Part shown: positions 57,663 through 64,000 of the stretch, in pieces
Numbering within the stretch: position 1 is the stretch's first letter
Layout of the letters: each line of letters begins with the position of its first letter
NCBI GenBank assembly: GCA_043228905.1
Contig: JBHGNT010000012.1
Location: 8,184,001 to 8,248,000, forward strand
DNA from: Azolla caroliniana
Lineage: Eukaryota; Plantae; Polypodiophyta
Length of the DNA: 64,000 nucleotides
Direction: 5' to 3'
Notes under the pieces: generated by a model
The model's input: only the letters and a program-made list of their open reading frames with translations
Told to the model about the DNA's origin: nothing
The model's database searches: none
Position numbers and translations under genes: made by a program

Positions 57663-58020
57663 CTGCTCACTTAGCTCCCTCTAAGTGGAAAACCAGAAAA
57701 ATGAGTAACAACAACAGCAACCATAAACAGTTTGCCCTAAGTCATATTTATACACATATGACTTTCGGGCTATTTACAAATATAGCCACAAGGGGCCTTG
57801 GCAAACATATTAACAAATATGTCCCCGCATCCGGATCTCTCTCCGGGTACATTCGTCATCCGGCTCCGTAGCCGGGGTCTTCATCATCCGGCTCCGTAGC
57901 CGGGTACTCTTCATCCGGCTTCATGCCGGGTACTCTTCATCCTTATGGTTCCGTAACCGCAAACGGCCTTGCCGTCATTCATCTCCGGACATCCCATCCG
58001 GAGGGACCGAAATCCCAACA
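52588..58020 (-). mobile_element. Intact Ty1/copia retrotransposon, same family as 41982-47494
   Basis: LTRs 52588-53229 and 57345-58020 (differ by one ~30-bp repeat unit, CT length and a few SNPs); TSD TCTCT; iMet PBS; PPT. Confidence 0.97.
53240..57313 (-). CDS. Copia gag-pol polyprotein
   Basis: Nearly identical to 42712-46785; protease motif altered to DFGA and integrase DNGG to DNEG. Confidence 0.95.
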   Translation of the reverse strand: MEGGSSGQPGMMVLNAQNYADWKIKMEDLLIVRDLYEPIDRSEIPKGVLETEWRLLNRKAVATIRQYVDVSVLQHVANDTNAYEMWRKLSGLYERKNALNRTSLMRKIVNLKYRDGESMVEHVSTFMGFVNQLAAIKFPLEDAMQAIILMCTLPESWENLVVTLSTSCTEDNLSLQTVKTSILNEEARRRDKEPASDSKALLTESERGRQRNRSPQRREKSGTRSQSRGRPTCFHCGKPGHFRKNCRHYRKDNGADDTDSKKSPERNGACRGATDRRGPDRRGQDRKGTTALAASEEEIMLITEERELNLAGEEMTWVVDFGASFHLTPEKKYFSSYTAGEHGCVRMGNEGTCRIAGIGDVWLMTSTGCKMLLKDVRHVPEVRLNLVSAGRLDNEGYTGSIRNGVMKFSKGSLIVARARKINTLYLMNSRLCPEELNVAADTAGELWHKRLCHMSEKGMKRLAEDNLIPVKHVHLGKCTDCLAGKQNRTSFHSRPLSRRSAPLELVHTDVCQVETKSHGGAQYFVTFIDDHSRKLWTAPLKTKDQVLSVFKELHARVERESGKKLKAIRADNEGEYRGQFAEYCRSKAIRLEFTVPKTPELNGLAERMNRTIMERVRSMLAHAKLPKGFWAEAMSTATYVINRSPSVPLDGDTPQRVWTGREVSYRHLKVFGCLAYVHVAKDRRGKLDPKTRPCIFLGYGDDEFGYRVWDPVDKKIFRSRDIIFMEDKTLADWESEKKMKSSKSTGEDQLYEEQSRPARDRLALKDPAEDGEETEPAEEDETDTGTGPDPEMDSDEEETEEPVTEAPERRYPLRERRASRRFPEPEHVLLTDKGEPESFEEARLDTHSRRWLSAMQEEMDSLHENHTYELVELPKGKRALRNKWVFKLKPGDAGNPPRYKARIVVKGFQQKKGVDFDEIFAPVVKMTSIRTVLSIAASMDLEVEQMDVKTAFLHGDLEEEIYMQQPEGFEKKGKEHLVCRLKKSLYGLKQAPRQWYRKFDSFMTDEGYHKTQSDHCVFVKKFEGGDFLILLLYVDDMLIIGRDQVKIRMLKKALHRTFSMKDLGPARQILGMHIIRNRKKKQLWLSQEKYVTKVLHRFNMSEARPVGSTLPANCKLSSKQSPKTKAEKEDMMKVPYASAVGSLMYAMVCTRPDIGYAVGVVSRYMSNPGKEHWNAVKWILRYLKGTTNVCLRFGSGKPELDGFTDSDMSADADTSRSTSGYVMTYAGGAVSWQSRLQKTVALSTTEAEYMAAVEAGKEIIWMKDFIRELGIRQEEYRLYCDSQSAIHLAKNAAYHSRTKHIQRRYHWIQERIEDKEFVLTKIHTDENGSDMLTKVLTPDKLEACRKRIGLERHPMPK

Positions 58021-58533
58021 TCTCTGAGGTACTGGACCTCGTTTAAATAACGTTTCCCTAATACACAACCGAGCCCATGATACTCGGACTCGGCGTTCAC
58101 TGGCTTCTTACCTACTCGGTTACACTACCGTCGTTTGCTAATTTCCTAATTTACATTTCTGTCCTCTGGACAACACAAGATATCATCTAGATAGATCACA
58201 ACAAAGTGATCTAGATATTCTCGGAAGATGTCATTCATCATATGCTAAAATACTGCAGGAGCATTAGTGAGGCCAAAAGGCATTACCTTATACTCGAAAT
58301 GAACATAGCGCATTCTAAAGGCGATTTTCCATTCATCTCCAAGTTTGATATGTACCAGATTGTATGCTCCCCGTTAAGTCAATCTTAGAAAAGATCTGCA
58401 CAGTTCGGAGTCGATCCAACAACTTTGGGATGAGAGGCAGTGGGTAGCAGTTGCGAACAGTAATCTTGTTTAGACCCCAATAGTCTACGCAAAGACATAA
58501 GGAGCCATCTTTCTTTTTCACACTAAGCGAAGA

Positions 58534-59107
58534 TGTTGACTAGTGAGAAGCGATTGATAGGTGAGCAAAGCTGAAGACAGACCGAGGACCCATCGAGAAG
58601 CACAAGTGCTAACGCGAGCAGGAAGCAAAAATCAACTAGAGGTTGGGAGTCAGAATTTGACACAAGTCGATCCAAACAAACAAGCTGATTCAGATGAAAC
58701 TTGACCATGCATTCGTATGAGTATTCATTTGCATTCGAATGGGAAACCCCACGAATGTGAATATGTCAATCTATGACCCCAACTATTAGTATATATAGGA
58801 AGAGTAGCCCTTTTATGAGGGAGTTTGTTGGCATAAAAGGTCTACTCCTTCGAACTTGTATCCTTTAAGTATGAACATTTTTCAAGTTAGGACTTTAGTA
58901 TATAAGCCCAACTATGACATTGTAAACATAGAGAAAGAGAGAGAGAGAGTTATAGAAGAGAAATACAAAGCTCCCATTAGAGCTTAACCTTGTCTATCTT
59001 GCTTCTTATCATCTCGAGCTTAAATATTCCTATTTAGTCTAGTTGTGTTGTTTGTTGTGCATTATTATATAGGTCCTGAACCATCTTCCGCGATCCTTTA
59101 TTCAACA
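58534..59107 (+). repeat. Copia LTR (same family as 1-470)
   Basis: TGTTGA...TTCAACA termini; 3' part matches 330-470; no TSD. Confidence 0.75.
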
Positions 59108-59590
59108 GTTGCAAGTCAAGGCCAGAACTGGCTTCTCCTTTCTCCGAGCATCTTGGGGACCATATCTTTTCAAGGGTTTGATTCCCCCATCTTTCCCCAT
59201 CCTCTTTTCTTCAACCATAACTTCTTAATTTTGGTAGGTGGCTTAAACCAAGCTTGTCTTATTTTTCATTAAATCTTCTCATATAGACACTTCTTGGACC
59301 CCCCTTCCAAATTCATCCACTTCCTCCTTTCTAAGATTCCCTTTTGGAAAACGTTCGAGAACAGATGGTTAGAACTTGGCCTCCTTATCAATCTATCCCC
59401 ATGCCTCTTTCCCCACGTGAATTCCCACTAACACGAAGTAGTGAATGACTTGGACATTTCTCTTCTCAACTTCCTCCATGACTTTATCTAGCCCAAGCAT
59501 GTTGTCTGTTTATCAAAACATGTAACGCAGTCATCATAGTTGCGAAGTCCTATCCCTCTGTCGTTACCTTCCCTTGCCATTCTTTCATGT
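59108..59590 (-). pseudogene. Highly decayed gypsy gag fragment
   Basis: EVMVEEKR-like segment resembles EVIMEEKRK in ORF 35314-35709. Confidence 0.4.
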
Positions 59591-59789
59591 TGCATTTACC
59601 AAATAGGTCGTGTAAACATACAACACCGGGTCATTTGAAACAGGTAATATGTCACAATTTAAGAACTGCATGTCCAAAAAAGGCACAAAGTAGGTCATTT
59701 CACAAAAAGAACCATCGCATGCGTAAAGGGTTTTGGAAATTGAATCAAAATATATTGTTTTATACCATGTCCAAAAATTTAGGGCTTTA

Positions 59790-62614
59790 AAAAAATGCCC
59801 CTAATAATCGACACATGAAATTTACAAGAGAACGTACAAAAATTACAAAATGACTAACATGTATATTTATACATATTTGTGAATCGCCATATTGATGTAA
59901 CATACAATATTTACATTTCATATGAGATCCATCACTTCCCAGAGATACGCCTTCCCCTTCAGACCTACCCGATGAACTAGAAGAGCTTTGTGAGGTCTCA
60001 TCCTCATCATCACTAGCAACCAATGCATTGTCTTCATCCAATTGCAATCCAATGTCACCGTGATTATGAGACACACTCCTTGTTCATCTCTGTGTTGCGT
60101 CAACAAGCACATCTGGGATCTTCTCTTTTATTATCTTGATTGTAGTCTATCTTAGATGGCCTGTTTTGGTCAAGGAGAAGGCATACACGAGTATGTCAAC
60201 ATTATCAAGTGCTAGAGTAGACGTGCTTGGTAGATTCTTTCTTCTCTGCTTTCTGCTTGTGCCTTCGACATCCTTAACCATCTCTAAAGAGTACTTCCTA
60301 GTAAATGCATCTTTGGAAGAGGTATGATACTAATGAACCATAATAGACTTTACTTTATTGCCTTCATCATCCTTAATAATTTCAATGATTTTGGTAATCC
60401 AGAAGGGATGGCCCACTTTATCACCCCCAGCTAATGTTGCAACCAACATACCAGCTTGTAGCTCATGTAGATTGTCTTGCCACCTCGCCTCTACAACATG
60501 CGATAATCTTGGTCCCATGCAAATATCTCTTTGTCCTGGAGGAACTAGATTATTCAATTCAAGATTATCTAGTGATTGTAAAGGAGTCGTGCTTGCCATT
60601 GATGGGCCACCAAGCGCCCATTTGAATTGATTTTGTAGTGGCCAGTACCCTGTAAAGTGGTTATCTAATATTGTATGTTGATGATTAAAGAAGACATCCC
60701 ATCAATCCGCATCTTGATCACCAGGGTACTTTCTGGTTCGCTCAATATTTTTCTGTTTTCCTCAAGGCACCGCATACAATATATCTTTTGCTCTTCAATT
60801 GAACTACCAACAACCAATCTTTTATGGTCTTCCTAGGGCATTTGCTCAACACCATAGATTATTGCATTTGGGAAATGCAATAAGAGCCTACATCCGTCTT
60901 GTGGCTCCCATTGCGAACTAGATGAGTATCGTTTCGCATACAGCATGGTCTGGTTGTGACGGACCACACTTTTTTCGATGAGGAAGACATGGTTAAAACT
61001 TATATTATTAAGCGGAGCAAGAACCCTACATCCAGTCCCATCACCATCCAGACAAAAGTGTTTGAAATCATATACTTCATCTAAATGTTGTACATCTGGC
61101 TTGGGGATATAAGCTTCAGCGATCAACCTTGATAGCAGAGGAAGCGTGAAAGCATCGCACCTCGCTAGTTTCGTGGAGAACCTACTAAACATTTGATCTA
61201 TGTGATCATGTGTTTGACCAACTAGCAAGAAGTTGACCTTAATCTTTTTGAAAATACCCTTGTCTACTAACATGCTCAAATAACCAAACACAATTGAGTT
61301 CTTGTTTTCTCTCGCCGTGTTGTCAAGTTGCACGTATAGTACTGGTGGGAGTAAACCTTGCCAACTCTATAGAACTCTGCATGACTATCACTGTAAGATT
61401 AGGGTCCTTTTGGATATTTGGATAAGTTAGGAACACTTGAGGCCTTATTGTCTGACAATACAGAAGACATCCTACTAACTGCATCTGCACTAGGCATTCA
61501 TCTCCAACATCCTTGGGCAACCTTCGAAAATGTGACAAACAAGTTTTCTTCTAATCAATCCCATCTATAATCAAGCACATATATCTTTCTAGTGATTGAA
61601 GCGCTTTTTGACGATTGTGCATAGCTTTAGATCTTTCCAACGCTTGGCTTTCTCGATGTTCTCTCAATAAATTCTTATATTTTTTTATTTCTTCATCTCT
61701 TGTCCCACTCTTTGCCATGCTTTTTAAACTCACGCATATAGAACAAACACCCATCCTTAAACTTCAATCTCCATAAACGATTAAAATGTTGATATTGTAT
61801 TAAGGTACACTTTCCAATAACATGTTATCCTTATACGCTTGGTATACCTCATGACGAGTGAAGTTATCTAACAAATGTAACCTTCCAATGGTGGCCATAA
61901 CATCACATTGCTTCGAGAAATATATCTCCATCCATCTAACGGCATGCCGCCCAATTAGACCCTTACATGTAGATTTTGTATTGTTTAAAGGTACCCACCA
62001 CCCCTTAAGTAATCGGTGTTGAATTCTATGTAGCCTCATGTTCCCGATGTTATAGGGAATTTTAAAAGCAACTCAACAACTCTTCATAGTAAGTCAAAGG
62101 TAATATTCCACTTGCTAAGAACATGACAATGCCAGATGGTCCTTAACAAGTTGCATATTGGCAATCAAGAATGCATCTTGTTTGTCGCCATTGAGACAAA
62201 TACTTTAGTCACAACCCTCGCAAGTTTGCCTTTCCAAATTTTGATAGACAAAGGCTCCCACAACATACCTTGCATATATCAATTGCAATTTGGCGATCTG
62301 AACACAAAAAATTATATTGTTTAACGCTCACTTGTCGAGGAACTCTTTGAAAATTTAGAGGCTTGTTGACACAGTCGTCGTCAACATTTTGATTCGTCAT
62401 GATTTGTATCTACTTTAATATTTCTTATTTTACCTAAGTTAAAAGGCTCTATCGAAAAAAGTGGCGTCGAACTTTGCTCTCGATCATCGTTTGACTTTAT
62501 ATGGCACCGTTTATTATTAACATGGTTATATTGCTCGATTAAGAATAACAAGTTATCAGATAATTTCAAAGGCTCAATACAAAATAGAGAATTTTTACTC
62601 GAGTTCGAGGACAT
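59790..62614 (-). pseudogene. Decayed DDE-type DNA transposase, Sola-like (DUF7869-type)
   Basis: Ordered fragments CSICVSLK, CLIIDGID, QLDNTARENKN, FLLVGQTHDHIDQMFS, C-terminal PFWITKI...VH; several frameshifts and stops. Confidence 0.75.
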
Positions 62615-62875
62615 TTTGAGTAAGGGGAGCTAAGATCACAGGAGTTCAAAATAGGCTCAAGTTTGGTTCTATAATAAGCACCATGTCCAAAAGCTTCTTC
62701 TTTTTTAATTTAAAAAAATTTAAAAATAATAAAAATAAAAAACAAAACTATATAAGGGAAAGTCATCTTCTCATTGTCATTATCGCGTTCAAGCAACAGA
62801 AGAGCACAGGAGCACGGAGGAACCAAGACTTCCAGTTTTCGCCTCCCCAATCAAGTTGACACCAACGTCAGCAAC

Positions 62876-64000
62876 ATGAACAAGGGAAAGAAGATTGTCG
62901 GGTATGTTTTCCAAACTATATTTTTAGATTCTTCCAAGATTCCTCAAAGATCCCTTTTTGTGTTTTTTAATTTCTGCATCTAGAATTCGATGTTTTCGAT
63001 CGAGAACTCGATGCACATCGAGTTCTCGTTGAAAGTCCCCCTTTTCAACAGGAACTCCATGCATTGCATCGAGTTCTCATTGAAAGAGAACACCCCTTCA
63101 ACAGGAACTCGACGCAGTGCATCGAGTTCCCGTTGAAAGGGTGGAGAACTAGATGTTCCCTACATCGAGTTCTCGTTGAAAGGGGGGACTTTCATGATCA
63201 ATATACTAGAATTGGTCACTTTCTTGCTATTTTTGGGCATTTTTCTCAATTTTTTTTATGTAACATTACCACCCTAAACGGGTGATTTTCGCCTACTTTT
63301 GTGGAACTTTACCTTAGTTTTCAAGTTTACGTTATTTATTTTTAAGATTATCGATATATCATTGTGTTATTACTTGTTGTATTCAGTGAATCACGACAGA
63401 AGGTCCCATCCATCAAATTGAAGACTCCCTCCCCAACAAAAAAAACATCTCACACAATTCCCAAGCCTAACTCAGGGAGAGTTGATGATCACGCAAGCAA
63501 ACACACCACCAAAGTCTGCCAATAAATCAAAACCGAAACATAAAGTATAAGAAAAGGCAGCAACCTAAGGAGGATGAGCCCGAGGTACTCGAGTTCATGG
63601 AAGATAAGGAGGAAGATACCGAGCTCGAAGTTATTCCTCCAGGGTTCCACATTGCATCGGGAATGCTCACCTCAAGGCAGAATCGAATCAGAGAAAACAT
63701 TGTAAACACGAAGCTTGTCCGTAAAAGACAACTATTTCACTTGCTGGTCTCCTCTATTTAGAGGCCACCCATTGATCCCGAAACAGGAAGACGAGCTCTA
63801 GAAATAAGAGAGCCACATTCAGTGCATGTGCAAAACTTAAAAAGCAAAATGAAGATAAATCGACATGCCACTGTAGTGTCATTCTTAGTAATGGTAGACC
63901 CTGATCAATGCCCAACTGTTGCTGAGTTTAAGTACAGTTCGGCTAACGACGACACATACTACATGATTGGAGGATCCCACTTTGTTGAAGCTCGACGTCA
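62876..64000 (+). pseudogene. ParB/sulfiredoxin-like domain gene, divergent from the transposase, runs off the window
   Basis: ATG 62876, GT-AG intron about 62902-63386, then IREPHSVHVQNLKSKM...SFLVMV...YYMIGGSHFVEARR; one stop and a frameshift. Confidence 0.55.
62985..63190. repeat. Array of ~50-bp double-hairpin units inside the predicted intron
   Basis: GAACTCGATG-n-CATCGAGTTC x4, alternating with TTGAAAG-n-TTCAAC. Confidence 0.8.

Larger units (their letters stand above)
40055..58175 (-). mobile_element. Non-chromovirus Ty3/gypsy with tRNA-Arg-like PBS, extra 3' ORF and no 3' LTR; host of two copia elements
   Basis: TG...CA ends with 5-bp TSD CAAGA; 5' LTR 52254-52587 + 58021-58175; PBS TGGCACGCCCGG at 52239-52250; gag with CCHC (50853-51830), protease IIDGGSG, RT, RH, IN (47500-48000 + 41283-41981). 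Confidence 0.85.
27993..58520 (-). mobile_element. Old chromovirus remnant split by two large insertions (LTR 27993-28488; chromodomain 28500-28638; IN/RH/RT 37842-40054; RT 58176-58520)
   Basis: Chromodomain EYEVDQILDSRLFR|RQFHYLV..GYP and RT IYLDDI|LVFSSN rejoin exactly once the insertions and TSDs are removed. Confidence 0.85.

Noticed and set aside
58529-59112. Clean solo LTR with TSD
   Set aside because: The flanks GAAGA and GTTGC do not match and come from different elements, which points to a rearrangement junction.

Overview
Gene-free, repeat-saturated eukaryotic DNA. The element types (Tcn1-like chromoviruses, tRNA-Trp-primed non-chromovirus Ty3/gypsy, Ty1/copia, spliceosomal introns) suggest a non-seed land plant such as a fern; this is an inference. 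The window is a stack of nested retroelements, many with recoverable target-site duplications (TSDs). It includes two intact, very young, inversely oriented copia copies (41982-47494, 52588-58020) and a young chromovirus (9481-15209). Three things stand out. (1) An apparently full-length Penelope-like retroelement without an endonuclease (8015-19932, minus strand). It has ~975-bp near-identical terminal direct repeats that each carry a minimal hammerhead ribozyme, and an ORF1 joined to the RT by a -1 frameshift signal (A-AAA-AAC plus a GC hairpin). It sits interstitially with no TSD and no telomeric repeats. (2) An intron-containing, bacterial-type beta-class N6A/N4C DNA methyltransferase pseudogene (~31960-33779). 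A Sola-like DDE transposase lying head-to-head with an intron-containing ParB-like gene (59790-64000) may belong to the same transposon family. (3) Antisense tRNA-like A/B-box modules in the U3 of several unrelated gypsy LTRs. No host protein-coding gene, rRNA, complete tRNA or CRISPR array was seen. All alignments were made by eye.
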